Source of the DNA: Octopus bimaculoides
Taxonomy: Eukaryota
Reading direction: 5' to 3'
Assembly (NCBI RefSeq): GCF_001194135.2
Contig: NC_068986.1
Coordinates: 11,006,524 to 11,070,523, forward strand
Length of the DNA: 64,000 bases
In this document: in pieces, positions 1-12,085 of the stretch
How the letters are laid out: each line of letters opens with the position of its first letter
Position numbering within the stretch: position 1 is the stretch's first letter
Notes under the pieces: generated by a model
Seen by the model: only the letters and a program-made list of their open reading frames with translations
Told to the model about the DNA's origin: nothing
Database searches by the model: none
Program-made: the position numbers and the translations under genes

Positions 1-101
1 ATAACAAGAGAATAATGGATATAATGTAAAGGGGACGAGGGGGGGGGTGTTTAAAAAAAAAAAAAGTTATGTAAAGTGTTGCAGGGACGTAAAGGGGAGA
101 G

Positions 102-290
102 TCATAAGGAAGAGAAGGCTGCGTTGAGTCCGAAGGGGAAAGAAGAATTAAGGTTGAAAATGTAGCGTTGCTCCAAGTGGAGTCGCGAGGGAGTGGACCC
201 ATGGTGCAGGGCGAGGCCAAAAACGGAGATGTTAGAGGGAGAGTGGTTGGGCAGTTGGAAGTGACGGCCGACAGGGGAGTCCGAACCTAA
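102..290 (-). mobile_element. Penelope-like element fragment: C-terminal part of a GIY-YIG endonuclease
   Basis: Translation PVGRHFQLPNHSPSNISVFGL...RLHLEQRYIFNLNSSFPFGLN resembles the PLE GIY-YIG C-terminal pattern (HFxxxxH...EQxWIFxLxTxxPxGLN); recognised by eye. Confidence 0.75.
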
Positions 291-374
291 TATATATATA
301 AGTAAATATAGGGATGATATTATTAAAATACCATCACAAGTGGCCAGCGAATTATCAGCCGTACAGGCAAATTG

Positions 375-655
375 ATAAAATATATACATACAATATTAGA
401 TATGTACATATATACACAAGGGCACTACATGAGCACCTACATCACTAAAAAATAAAAGTCAAAAATACTTCTGTACCACCGAATAATCACAAATCTACTG
501 CAGATATGACATTTTTACCTGTCATATCTGTAGTAGATTTGTGACTATTCGGTGGTACAGAAATATTTTTGACTTCTATTTTTAGCGATGTAGGTGCTCA
601 TGGAGTGCCCTTGTGTATATATGTACATATCTAATATTGTATGTATATATTTTAT
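375..655. repeat. Long inverted repeat (about 137-bp arms, 8-nt spacer)
   Basis: 375-511 is the near-perfect reverse complement of 520-655; spacer tttttacc. Confidence 0.95.
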
Positions 656-737
656 TTATATATATTTAAGCCGCCTGACAGGGCTGCTTTTAAGCTAGCA
701 TATAGCTTTTAAGCAACTGACCCTGAATGGGAAGATC

Positions 738-809
738 TGCAAACAGATCTCTGGCTTGTTTTGGAGAATTTGTTGCAATTGCTTCCTCCAGAGTCATATC
801 CCAAGGATG
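738..809 (-). mobile_element. Possible Helitron Rep/helicase remnant
   Basis: HPWDMTLEEAIATNSPKQARDLFA resembles the Helitron motif WxxxLxEAxxxxxPxQLRxLFA; short match only. Confidence 0.35.
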
Positions 810-1035
810 ATCAGATTCGTCACTAAAAGTCATGTAAAAAGAATCACCAAAAACAATCCCAGTAATGAAAACATGGGAATCCAGAATTCCAGGATTGCAG
901 GACTGGATTCGACCTGGAATGTTTTAATTTACTCACAGAGTCAGCCTGATTCCAAAATGGTATGATATGTTTGACTACAGCTTCTAGGAGTAAAGTTGAA
1001 AAAGTGTGACATATTGATATTCACATTCATTATAT

Positions 1036-1352
1036 TCATCATCATCATCATCATCATCATCATCGTTTAACGTCCGCTTTCCATGCTAGCATGGGTTGGA
1101 CGACTTGACTGAGGACTGGTGAAACCGGATGGCAACACCAGGCTCCAATCTAAATTTGGCAAAGTTTCTACAGCTGGATGCCCTTCCTAACGCCAACCAC
1201 TCAGAGAGTGTAGTAGGTGCTTTTACGTGTCACCTTCACGAAGGCCAGTCAGGCGATACTGGCAACGGCCACGCTCGAAATGGTGTCTTTTATGTGCCAC
1301 CCGCACAAGCCAGTCCAGGGGCACTGGCGGAGGCCAGTCAGGCGGTACTGGC
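1036..1352 (-). mobile_element. 5'-truncated RTE-clade LINE 3' end with (GAT)n tail
   Basis: (CAT)n followed by gtttaacgtccgctttccatgctagcatgggttggacg...ggatgcccttcctaacgccaaccact; same family is joined to RTE ORF C-terminus at 24165-24828. Confidence 0.85.
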
Positions 1353-1807
1353 TGGGGGAAGCTGTATTTCAATTAAAGTGTATTTTATATATGTTTGTGT
1401 GTGTATATATATGTACATATATATGTGTGTATTAAAGAAAGCAAAAATGATAGTGTTCAGTAGTTGGTTCAGTATGCTGACCACAGGAATTTCTGTCCAA
1501 GAAAGTTGTACATCATCTCTCATATACCCTCCCTCTCTCTCTCTTATCATTACTCTCACTGCCACCATCAACACTACTACTTTTAATAAAACATCATCAA
1601 CTCTCCCTAACCTTCTTTCTCTCTCTCTCTCTCTCTCCCTGTCTTTGACTCCACCCTCACCATCTCTATGCCTACTATTACTCTCACCCCAGCAGGAGGA
1701 AGTGTCACTGAATAATGAGAGAGGGTGGTGGTCAAGGTGTGTGACACACTGATGCACAGAAATTAGTTTTCACATTCACTTTATTAGATATATACACAAA
1801 CAGTGGG

Positions 1808-2049
1808 GTGGGGGTACAAAAGTAGGGATACAGTTATGAAAAAAGAAAACATACAATACTCATTTATTTTTATCAAAAAAATTAAAAGTTACAATAAAAG
1901 TATTATTATAGTTATGATAAATGTATAATTATGATTAATGACACTGAAAATATCCCAAACGAGGCTAATTAAATGTTCCAATAATTTTAATGAATTAAGT
2001 ATTATAACACTGAAGTTGTACTTACTGTATACCTAATTTTGCACCCCCT
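1808..2049. mobile_element. MITE with about 25-bp imperfect TIRs
   Basis: ggggtacaaaagtagggatacagt ... actgtatacctaattttgcacccc. Confidence 0.6.
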
Positions 2050-2536
2050 TGTGTGTGTGTGTGTGTACACACGCACACACGCACATGAACGTGCATATGT
2101 ACATATTTTTAACATCCTGTTCTAAAAATTCCCAAGTGAAGTAGCATCATTGTGAACCACCCCTCTCCCCCCTGTGCACATTTGCCAAAATTTCCAACCC
2201 ACACATTAAAAACAAACCTGTTACACAGAATACATTAGAGCTTAACAACAAAAGCACCATACACCATCCTATCTACCATCAACAAAACTTTCTCTCAGTA
2301 GGAGCACAAATTGGCTGTGGTTAAGAAACTTGCTTTCTAACAATATGATCTTTGGTTCAATCTCGCTGTGTGGCACCTGTGACCAGTGTATTTTATTATA
2401 GCCCCAGACCAACCAAAGCCCTGTAAGTGGCTTTGGCTGACAGAAACTGGAAAAACCCATCACTCATATATATATATATATATATATATATCCTGCCAGC
2501 ATGAAAGGCGGATGTTAAATGATGATGATGATGATG

Positions 2537-2610
<74 letters not shown>

Positions 2611-2929
2611 ATAAACATACTGAATTACAAAAGAAACGTCATACTGTAAAAGATTATTTGTTTCACACACGATATTGAGATCATATGAATTTTATCACAT
2701 TTCTAGGTAATTTGACCTCAGGAAGATGTCACTGACCTACAACACAACTCTCCTTTAAAAACACAAGGATTGCATGTAGGGTTCGAACTCACTCACTTTT
2801 GGTGAACATGGTAATGTTTGCGAACGCATCTTTATGAAAAGCATGATGCACGTACAAAACGTTGACTCATTGGGTATAAAAGGCCTCCAAATTTCCCAGC
2901 CTGTCATTCGTTTCCTGAATGCAGCAAGC

Positions 2930-3672
2930 ATGCCAAGAGTGACATGAAATCAGAGGGAGCAAGCCATTGGGTGTCTCCATGCTGGTCAACGTTCATGGGT
3001 CATTGCTAATGACTTGAGCTGCAGTATTCAGAAGGTTGAGCGGCTGAGGGAACGATACAATGCTACAAGCAGCATGGATGATCGTCCGTGCAGTGGCTGA
3101 CCGAGGGTTACAATAGCACGTCAAGATCACCACCTGCACTGACAGCACTTGCAGGACCGATTCCAGAGGGCAACGGAGTCAGCTTGGCAGACCATAGGGA
3201 CTCATCATAGACCCATTTGTGCAGAGATAGTTCACTGCTGGCTGAGATCTGTCATGTTGACTTCTGGTTAGGAGCCCTGTCCTCACAGATCGTCATCAAC
3301 GGGTATGTTTGCAGTGGGCTCAAAAACGTCAGAACTGGCGACATCAACAGTGGAGGACTGTAGTTTTCTCTGATGAAAGTCATTATTGCATTTCTGTGGC
3401 AATTGGCAGAGCCTGGATCTGGAGAAGAAGGGTTGAACGTCATGCCAATGGCTGTGTGGTGGAGAGAGACTCCTGAGGAGGATAGAGCATCATGGTATGG
3501 GGTGGGATTGCACTCAACCACAAACTTGGACTAGTGGTCTTCTGAAACATCAACCAAGGCTGGAGCAATGGAGTGACCGCTGCTGCTCGCTACATGAACC
3601 AAGTGTTGAGGCCTCACACTGTGTCATACTTTGCCCATCATTAGAAACACGTGTTCCAACACGATAACACCT
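2930..3672 (+). mobile_element. Tc1-family transposase pseudogene
   Basis: MPRVT*NQREQAIG (HTH) ... QWRTVVFSDES ... IMVWGGI ... VFQHDN; several stops and frameshifts. Confidence 0.9.
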
Positions 3673-4137
3673 GTGAGGTCCAGCTTTCAAAAGGTGCTTT
3701 TTACATGCCACAGGCATGGGTGCCAGTTACGTGCCACCAGCGTCAGCTATGACTATGATTTCACTTGGCCTGACGGGTCTTCTCAATTATGGCATATCAC
3801 CAAAGGTCTCGATCACTAACCATTGCCTCCATTAGGCCCAAAGTTCAAAGATCATGATGAGACGAAGACTAATTTAAAAAAAAAAAATATTTATTACCTT
3901 AAAAATGTATTTAAATAGAACAAAATTCTCGTTTATATAACTCCTTCCATAAATATTCTGTCATTCTCTCACACTATGTGTGTGTGTAGTTGTTCCTTTA
4001 CTCATTGCCTGTCACCAAGCCTAGTGTTTACATTCATCCTGCACCACCTGCACTAACCCTCTCTGTATCTCCACTTAACTCTCTCTCTCTCCTCCTCTCT
4101 CCTCTCTCTCCTCTCTCTCTCTCTCTCTCCTCTCTCT

Positions 4138-4246
4138 NNNNNNNNNNNNNNNNNNNNNNNNNNNNNNNNNNNNNNNNNNNNNNNNNNNNNNNNNNNNNNN
4201 NNNNNNNNNNNNNNNNNNNNNNNNNNNNNNNNNNNNNNNNNNNNNN
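4138..4246. other. Assembly gap (others: 23642-23651, 25682-25691, 28932-29057, 29881-29909, 31195-31311)
   Basis: N runs. Confidence 1.
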
Positions 4247-4807
4247 TCTCTCTCTCCTCTCTCTCTCCTCTCTCTCTCTCTCTCTCCTCTCTCTATACAA
4301 TGTAAAGTGTGAGAAGGGAAATCAACAAACCAACCAATCAGCTAATATTATTATTATTATTACTATTATTATTATTATTATTCAACATTTGGTAGTTTCA
4401 GGCAGATTTCTACTGCCTCACCTACTACATCTCCATGTTGCTGGGGTGTGTACAGCATTGTGTGTGTGTGTGTGTGTTTGTGTTTTTTTTGTTTTTTGTT
4501 TTTGTGGTTGGGAAAGTGACTTCTCCTCCTCCTGGTATCGTATTGCATCACTTCGTCTTGCTACGGGATCTCATTGCAGTCTTTTGTTGTATTAGTGTTT
4601 CTATCGTGCATTGTGTGTGTAATGCGAGATGTGTTCCTCTGTTGGGTAGTCGGCCTACTGGTGGTTGTTTATTTTATTGGATATTTATCATATAGAATGT
4701 GTCCTATGTTTGTGGATTTTGTTTGGGTTGTATTATTGGATTGATAGTGTCTTGCATAGGATGTGGGCTGTTCCTAGCAGGGCCATTTGTCAGATTAGTG
4801 TGTAGTG

Positions 4808-4847
<40 letters not shown>

Positions 4848-4934
4848 GAGAGAGAGAGCATTGCAATACCACTCCCTGCTCTGTTGTGTTGTTCTTGCAT
4901 CAAAACATCCTTGTTATTGACACCATTAATTCTA

Positions 4935-5071
4935 CTGCCGTCATCATCTTCATCATCACCACCGTCATCGCCACCACCACCATCATCACCACCACCATCA
5001 TCACCATAATCGCCACCATCATCATCATTGTCGCCATCATCATTATTGTCATCATCATCACCGCCATCATC

Positions 5072-5102
<31 letters not shown>

Positions 5103-5110
5103 TCATCATT
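4935..5110. repeat. Degenerate (CAT/CAC)n trinucleotide microsatellite
   Basis: Direct reading; explains the poly-I/poly-D/poly-M ORFs in the track. Confidence 0.95.
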
Positions 5111-5175
5111 GCCATCTGCTCTTCTCACCATATTCACCCCACCACTAATTCTGCTAAACTTCTCCAACGAAACAG

Positions 5176-5308
5176 TCTGCAGTGTCTCTATTGTGAAAAG
5201 ACATTCCGTGATCGCCCAACCCTGAAGGAACACATGCGGAAGAAGCAGCACAAAAGGATCAAATCCAACAACACACTCTACGACAAATATTACATCATCA
5301 ATTACTTG
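5176..5308 (+). CDS. ZNF277: ZNF277 coding exon (C2H2 finger LQCLYCEKTFRDRPTLKEHMRKKQH...YYIINYL)
   Basis: Close match to ZNF277 LQCLYCEKTFRDKNTLKDHMRKKQH; aacag acceptor, TTG|gtaagt donor. Confidence 0.93.
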
Positions 5309-6520
5309 GTAAGTGTCACCTCCATCTTCCTTTCTTCCAAGAGAAACCTGTCAGGTGTAGGTCTCTTGTGAGCATCTGTGATATATGATAGGGACAGGCA
5401 TGGCTGTGTGCTTAAGAAGGTCCCTTCCTAACCATGTGGTCTTGAGTTCCATCCCACTATACAGCAGTTTGAATAAGTGCCTTCTACTATACCCCTGGGT
5501 CAACTGTCTGTGCTGGTTCCACATATAAAGCACCAATTGGTGGGTGTTTGGAAGAGCATCTAACCATAGAAACTATACCGGAACACAATTCGAACCCAAG
5601 ATGGCTCTCTGGTTTGCCAGCTCCTGTCAAATTGTCCAGCCCCTGCCATCCCATGGAGAACATGTCAAAGGATGATGATGAGAAACTGTGTGGAAGCCCA
5701 TCACATATGATGAGGCTTGTTTCAGTTTCCATCTACCAAATCCACACACAAGGCTTTTGTTGGCCTAGGGCTGTAATAGAAGATGCTTGCTTAACATGCT
5801 CTGCAGTGGGGCTCAACCCAGAACCATGGTCACTTCCCAGGCCAATGGCAGTGCCACCTGACTGACACCCGTGCTGATGGCGCGTAAAAATCACCATTCG
5901 ATTGTGGTTGATGCCAGTGCTGGTGGCATGTAAAAAGTACCCACTACACTCTTGGAGTGGTTGGCATTAGGAAGGGCATCTAGCTGTAGAAACCTTGCCA
6001 GACCAGATTGGAGCCTGGTTCATCGTCCTGGCTTGCCAGTCCTTAGTCAAGCCATCCAACCCATGCCAGCATGGAAAGCGGATGTTAAACAATAATGATA
6101 TATATATATATATGATGGTTGTCAACTTCTTATGCGGAGTGTGACCACCTCTTGTACTTACACATTAGATCGATCATGGTGTCTGATGTGGCTTTTTAAA
6201 CCAGACAATGTATTGAAAAGACACATAGATTGCATATCTGATTTGGACCACCAAGAGCTGCAGTTAAGTTCTGATCTTTGTGGACCTTAAAACATCTTTT
6301 GGAGCCTCCGTTAGATTTGCAGACTTTATGGTGCGTGCACGCACGCACACACACAGGTGGCTTCTTTCAGTTTTCGCCTACCAAATCCACTCACATGGTT
6401 TTAGTTGGCCTGGGGCTATAGTAGAAAATACTTGCCTGAGGTGGCATGCAGTGGGACTGAACCAGGAACTCTAGTGGAAAAACAAGCTTCTCAATCTCAT
6501 AGCTATGTCTGTACCTATAC

Positions 6521-6556
<36 letters not shown>

Positions 6557-7699
6557 TTGTGTCACCCTAATTGTTTGACAACCAATGCTGGTTTGTTTAC
6601 ATCCCCATAATGTAACAGTTTGGTAAAAAAAAAAAATGACTGGTAGAAAAAGGAGAAGAGCTTCAAAGTAGCACCACAGTCAATTTGTTATTGTAAACCC
6701 TTCAAGGTGCTGCTCCAGCATGGCCATAGTCCACTGATTAAACTAAGTAAAAAGAATGAGGCAGTGATTTTGTGTTTCGTGATGGGCTTCACTTTTAGTT
6801 ATTCATAATGTCTTTGACAACATTGCCTGACCATGTAGCATCATGTCCGTTGAAATCCACCACCTGTAGAGGGCTCAACTCTGTTCGCCATGGTAAGTTC
6901 TTCTTTTCAGTTATTCACTACTTTCAGTTGTTTCACCTCCTCCAAGAATTATGTCACTGGAAATCCAACATATTTTTCATTAATAGAATATATGTATAAG
7001 CATAGTTGTGTAAGTAGCTTGCTTCCCAGCCAAATGGTTTTGGGTTCAGTCCCACTGTGTGGCACCTTGGTCAAGTGTCTTCTACTATAGCAGCCTTCAG
7101 GCTGACCAAAGCCTTGTGAGAGGATTTGAAAGAAGCCCATTGTGTGTGTTACTGTTTCCTTGCCTTGACTTCATGTGGTCTTTGCAAATAAGTGTCACCA
7201 GCATGCAATTGATGTCTTTGTTTGCAATCTTCCAGGAAAACATGTCCGGCCATGAGGCAATATTGACTCGCTGGGAAACAGGTGAGGGTTGGTGACAAGA
7301 AGGGTATCCACCTCAACAAATTCCATCTAACCCTTGCAAGCATGGGAAAGGAGGCATTAAAAAGATGATGATGATGATGATAGTTATGTTCCTAACAATG
7401 CGAACAGTAACTATCAGGAATCCTTATAAATTCCTGCTTAAACTCTGTTCTCATCATCATTATTTAACATCCATTTTCCATGCTGGCATGGGTTGGACTC
7501 TTAGACAGGAGCTGGAAAGCTGGAGAGCTGCACCAGGTTCCACTGTCCATTATGGCCTGCTTTCTACAGCTGGATGCCCCTCTTAACACCAACCACTTTA
7601 CAGTGTGTACTGAGTGCATTTTACATGGCACCAGCACCGTTCCAATTTGTTGTATTCTTTGCTCTTTAATGAAACGAACTCTTTTATATCTTTGTGTAG

Positions 7700-7767
7700 G
7701 AAATTGGTAAGAACTGGGAAAATTTTGAATCCAGCGAGGAATTCTCTACAGACTTTGACTGTGAAGA
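7700..7767 (+). CDS. ZNF277: ZNF277 coding exon (EIGKNWENFESSEEFSTDFDCE)
   Basis: tgtag|GAA, GA|gtaagt; phase 0 to 2; matches ZNF277 ELGKSW. Confidence 0.9.
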
Positions 7768-8060
7768 GTAAGTAACTGTTTTAGAATTTTGATGCCTTTA
7801 TTGCAGATATGGATGACATTGGAACCTGGCACAGCCCTACAGCTTTTCAGTTCCCTGTCAAATTGTCCAGCCTTTGCCAGCATGGAAAGCAGTCTTTAAA
7901 TGATGATGATGATGATGATGATGGCAGTTAAGAAGCTTGCTTCTCAACCACATGGGTCAGTGTGACTGTGTAGTTCCTTGGGCATGTCTCTTCTGCTATA
8001 GTTCTGGCTCAGACAAAGTCTCTCTCAGTGAATTTGCTGCTCAATGGATACTGGAAGAAT

Positions 8061-8093
8061 GTTTCGGCTGATATACCCTCCAGCCTTCATCAG
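8061..8093 (-). ncRNA. Hammerhead ribozyme core fragment (inverted piece abutting the SINE head)
   Basis: Reverse complement CTGATGA-A-GGCTG-gagggtatat-CAGCC-GAAAC; stem I is missing. Confidence 0.65.
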
Positions 8094-8163
8094 GGCATGT
8101 GGCGTAGTGGTTAAGAGCACGGGCTACTAACCCCAAGATTACAAGTTTGATTCCAGGTATTGA

Positions 8164-8199
<36 letters not shown>

Positions 8200-8357
8200 C
8201 AACATTGAAAAATACCTTAGGAATGAGAACCCCAGGACACCTAATGAAGACTGGAGGGTATATCAGCCAAAACTTGTTAACAACAAACAAGATGAGGACA
8301 AATATCCGTCAAGTGTGAATAATGTACATAATTCCTCATCTCTTAAATATAGAACTG
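8093..8357 (+). mobile_element. tRNA-headed SINE-like element with a degenerate hammerhead motif
   Basis: A-box TGGCGTAGTGG, anticodon-arm-like GGGCTACTAACCC, decayed B-box GTTTGATTCC, (AAT)n linker, body gacac-CTAATGA-agactg...cagcc-AAAAC; body shared with 24934-25370. Confidence 0.8.
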
Positions 8358-9409
8358 AAAAAAAAAACTGTTTGGGTTTTCAATTTATCTTTTATCTTTT
8401 TCAGTCATTTGACTGTGGTCATGCTGGGGCAATGCATTCACAAATTTTTAGTCTAACGAATCAACCCCCATACTTAATTTTTTTAAGCCTGGTACTTATT
8501 CTATCAGTCTCTTTTGCTGATCTGCTAAGTAATGAGAATGTAACCACAACACCACCAGTTGTCAAGTGGTGGTGGAAGACACACACACACGCATGTGCGC
8601 GCGCGATGAGCTTCTTTCAGTTTCCATCTGCCAAATCCACTCAGAGGGCTTGCTTTGATCAACCCAAGTCTCTAGCAGAAGACACTTGCCCATGGTGCTA
8701 CACAGTGGGACTGAACTCGGAGCCATGTTATTAGGAAACAAACTTCTTACCACACAGCCATGCCTGCACTTGTGGAGAAAATCCAGGAACCACCAGTGAA
8801 ATGTCCAGATATTTGTACATATCCGATGTGATATTAGTCATGACATTGTTAAGTAGTTTTTGTGATGTTCATTTTAGTTTCTAGGCCCCACCACTACCAC
8901 CACCACCACCACCACCACCAATCAAACCATTTGATCTTTGGTTTCTGTATTTCCTCTACGAATAAATAAATAAACACACTCTTCTCAGAACACTTGACTA
9001 ATTTGGTTCAAGTGTTTGTCCAGGATAGAGATTGTGTTCCCTGGCTGGAATGACCAGGCTGTGGTGGTGGTGGTGGTTGTAGTAGTAATAGTATCAGTTA
9101 ACAGTGAAGGCGGTGGTGAGCGGCTGTTGTTCTAATAATATTAGGAGTGGTAGTGGTGGTAGTAGTGCTGGTGATGGTGGTAGTTGTATAGTATATGTAT
9201 GTATATGTGTTTATGTATGTCATGTTTGTATACATGAATATACATCATAGGTGCAGGTGTGGCTGTGTGGTAAGAAGTCTGCTTCCCAGCCACATAGGTC
9301 TGGGTTCAGTCTCACTGTGTGGCACCTTTGACAAGTTTCTTCTACTACTATAGCCTCAGCCCAGACAAAGCCTTGTGAGTGGATTTCGTAGACAGAAACA
9401 GAGAGAAGC

Positions 9410-9627
9410 CTGTTGTCTGCCATCCATTCCTGTGTTACTAGAGCCATGTGTAATACTGCAGAATCTTACTGAAGCATATATGGCCTTCCATTGCATACAC
9501 TGTCTATCCAACAATTATTTCCAGGACCTCAATGTAGGCAGCAGAGTTAACTCTAAGGTCTTGTGAAAAGAAGTAAGGAGGCATCACATGTCTTTCATTG
9601 CTGACAACCCTTAAAACCATGACCCAA
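9410..9627 (-). mobile_element. DD37D (maT-like) mariner transposase fragment
   Basis: [35 protein letters not shown] and VTQEWMAD. Confidence 0.75.
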
Positions 9628-9639
9628 TATATATGTGTG

Positions 9640-9743
<104 letters not shown>

Positions 9744-11029
9744 CATACACATATATACATATACATATATATACAGACAACACACACACACAAACACATA
9801 TATATGTATACATATATATCTATGTGTATATGTCTGTTCCCCCACCACAACTTGACAGCCAGTGTTGGTATGTTTAGATCCTTGTAACTTAGCAGATTGG
9901 CTGATAGAATAAGTACCAGGCTTTAAAAAATTAAGTCCTGGGGTTGATTCATTCAAATAAAAACTGCTCAAGGTGGTGCCCCAGCATGGCCACAGTCCAA
10001 CGACTAAAAAAGAAGATAAAAGTACATCTTAGTGTGTGTGTGAATTAGGGTCCCCTCCCACTCTCTGTTCTGTAGCTTAATAGGGGAACACATCACTGGG
10101 TACACGGTGAGGGCATGGGAGGAGAGCCTTTAGTCCTGCTGCCACAGACAACTTGTCTGGTGCTGGTAGACTACAGTCCACTCCTCACTCAGTCCATGCT
10201 GTAAAAACTTGACCTCCACAACAACAAAGATGGCCAGTTTCTGTTGATGTGTGTGTGTGTAAGATGATGAAGGATCATAAAGCTAGTCTCAGCACTGCGT
10301 GCAGGGAAAAGTGGATGTAAAACTATGATGATGATGATGGTGGTGGTGGTGGTGGTGATTGTGTGTGTGTCTCTGGATACGTGAGAAAACTAAGCAATAT
10401 TCGTTTATTGTTTCCACTTTTGTGAAGCAATGAATAAAATGTTGCTCACTTTGCATCTTGAGAGTCACTTAGCAATGGACGACCAAATGAAACCGTTTTT
10501 TTCCCACAAAAATCTCTGTTTGATACCAATTGCAAGAAATGAGATGACCGACTGACATAACATGGTGTGATAATGTTCTACGGAAAACTACTTGACATTT
10601 GCAACAGAGTTGAAGCAATAACCATGCATAGACACACGCACCTCTCTGAATCTCACATTCCTCCAAATAATTTCACTAGTATTTTTCAGATATTAGTACA
10701 TGGTTTCAAGCTCAGTGCCACTGCATGGCACCTTTCACAAGTGCCTTATACTGTAGCTTCAGGCTGACCAAAGCCTTGGGAGTGGATTTGGTCAATGGAA
10801 ACTGAAAGAAGCCCACCGTGTGTGTGTTTGTGTCTCTTTTTCGTGATATCAAATGACAGCTGTAAGCAACTGTCACTGTCATACAAGCAGTGTCCTTCAT
10901 TTCCAATCTTCTGGCCATGGGGGGAGATATTGCCTTGCTTGGAAAAAGATGAGGCTTGGCGACAGGAAGAGCATCCAACCATAAAAAATCTATAGTAGAA
11001 AGGATTATTATTATTATTATTATTAAAGT

Positions 11030-11240
11030 GGCAAACTGGCAGAGTCATTAGCACAACAGGTTAAGATGCTTAGTGACATTTCGTCCATCTTTATGATCTG
11101 AGTTCAACTTCTGCCAAGGTCAACTTTGCCTTTCATTCTTTCGGGGTTAAAAAATTAAGTACCAGCTGAGTACTGGGATCAATGTAACCAACTTACCCCC
11201 TCCTCCAAATTTGCTGGCCTTGTGCTGAAATTTGAAATTA
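11030..11240 (+). mobile_element. tRNA-SINE family with Deu/Nin-like central domain (also about 20380-20540+, 31312-31470-, 39280-39480+, 48600-48760-, 52080-52590- x3, 60100-60265-)
   Basis: Shared ...gagttcaaattctgccgaggtcgactttgcctttcatcctttcggggtcgataaattaagtaccag... across copies. Confidence 0.75.
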
Positions 11241-11249
11241 TTTATTAAC

Positions 11250-11955
11250 ATCATTATGTGATGAAAACTTACAGCTTATTTTGCTGGGTATGATGGAAAG
11301 TGTCAGCTGTCTGCAACCAGCAGACAAAAGTGATAACGGTTTACTGGTCATGCTTCAAGAACCCTGCGAGGAATTCTTGCACTTCCAAACAATATTGATT
11401 TTTGTAGGTTTTCTATCTTCACACTTGCACCAATTTTTCTCAGCCATGTTGGTAATTGAGTACTGATAATTCCAAGTACACCAATTACTATTGGTATCAC
11501 GTCTTCTCTCCTCATTGACCACAACCTTCGCATTCCCCACTTCAAATCGTCATAGTTGTTCAGTTTTTCTTCTTTCACATTGATCCTGTTGTCACTGGGA
11601 AATGCTGTCGATTATCATACATGTTCTTTTTTTTTTATTCACCACAACAATGTCCAGTTTCCTTTGTCTGATCAGGTAATTGCACCGAATCCTTAAATCC
11701 CACAAGATTTTGCAATTTTCATTCTCAGTGACTCCTTCTGGAGTTTTCTCATACCACATTATCGCTCTTTGTAGGCCATGATTTCCACAGAGTTCCCAAT
11801 GGTTCATTCTTGCCACATTGTAATGTTGTCTTTTGTATTCACATTGTTCCAATTTTAGACATTTGCTAACGATGTGCCATACCGTTTCATCCCTCCCGCC
11901 ACACATTCTGCACTTCACATAGTTAGTCCTTAATGCTTGTTCTTGAGCTGCGCTA
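11250..11955 (-). mobile_element. R4/Dong-type non-LTR retrotransposon 3' fragment (CCHC knuckle plus restriction-like endonuclease)
   Basis: AAQEQALRTNYVKCRMC...ETVWHIVSKC...HYNVAR...KILWD...RKLDIVVV...KLNNYDDLK...IPIVIGVLG...LQKSILFGSARI. Confidence 0.88.
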
Positions 11956-11985
11956 TTTATTTTTTTAAAATCATTATTATTCTAG

Positions 11986-12085
11986 AAACTGGGATGGCTG
12001 GCATGATGAGAGTGGTTCCACTGCAGTCTGTTTGTTCTGTGATTTCTCTTCAGCTGATGCAGATATTTTACTTCAACATATGAAA
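11986..12085 (+). CDS. ZNF277: ZNF277 coding exon (NWDGWHDESGSTAVCLFCDFSSADADILLQHMK)
   Basis: tctag|A, AAA|gtaagt; phase 2 to 0; matches ZNF277 WSDW...AVCLFC...HM. Confidence 0.92.

Noticed and set aside
420-460. Degenerate hammerhead within the 375-655 palindrome
   Set aside because: Too many core mismatches (ctacatga/ctccatga; taaaa in place of gaaa)
4805-5175. 188-aa ORF as a long ZNF277 N-terminus
   Set aside because: The upstream part is microsatellite; the real exon begins at the acceptor at 5175
7807-7830. ZNF277 exon right after the ttgcag at 7806
   Set aside because: In-frame stop (GAA TAT GGA TGA); the true next exon is at 11986
8093-8165. Functional tRNA-Ser gene
   Set aside because: No complete acceptor stem, decayed B-box, and it runs directly into a repeat body; this is a SINE head
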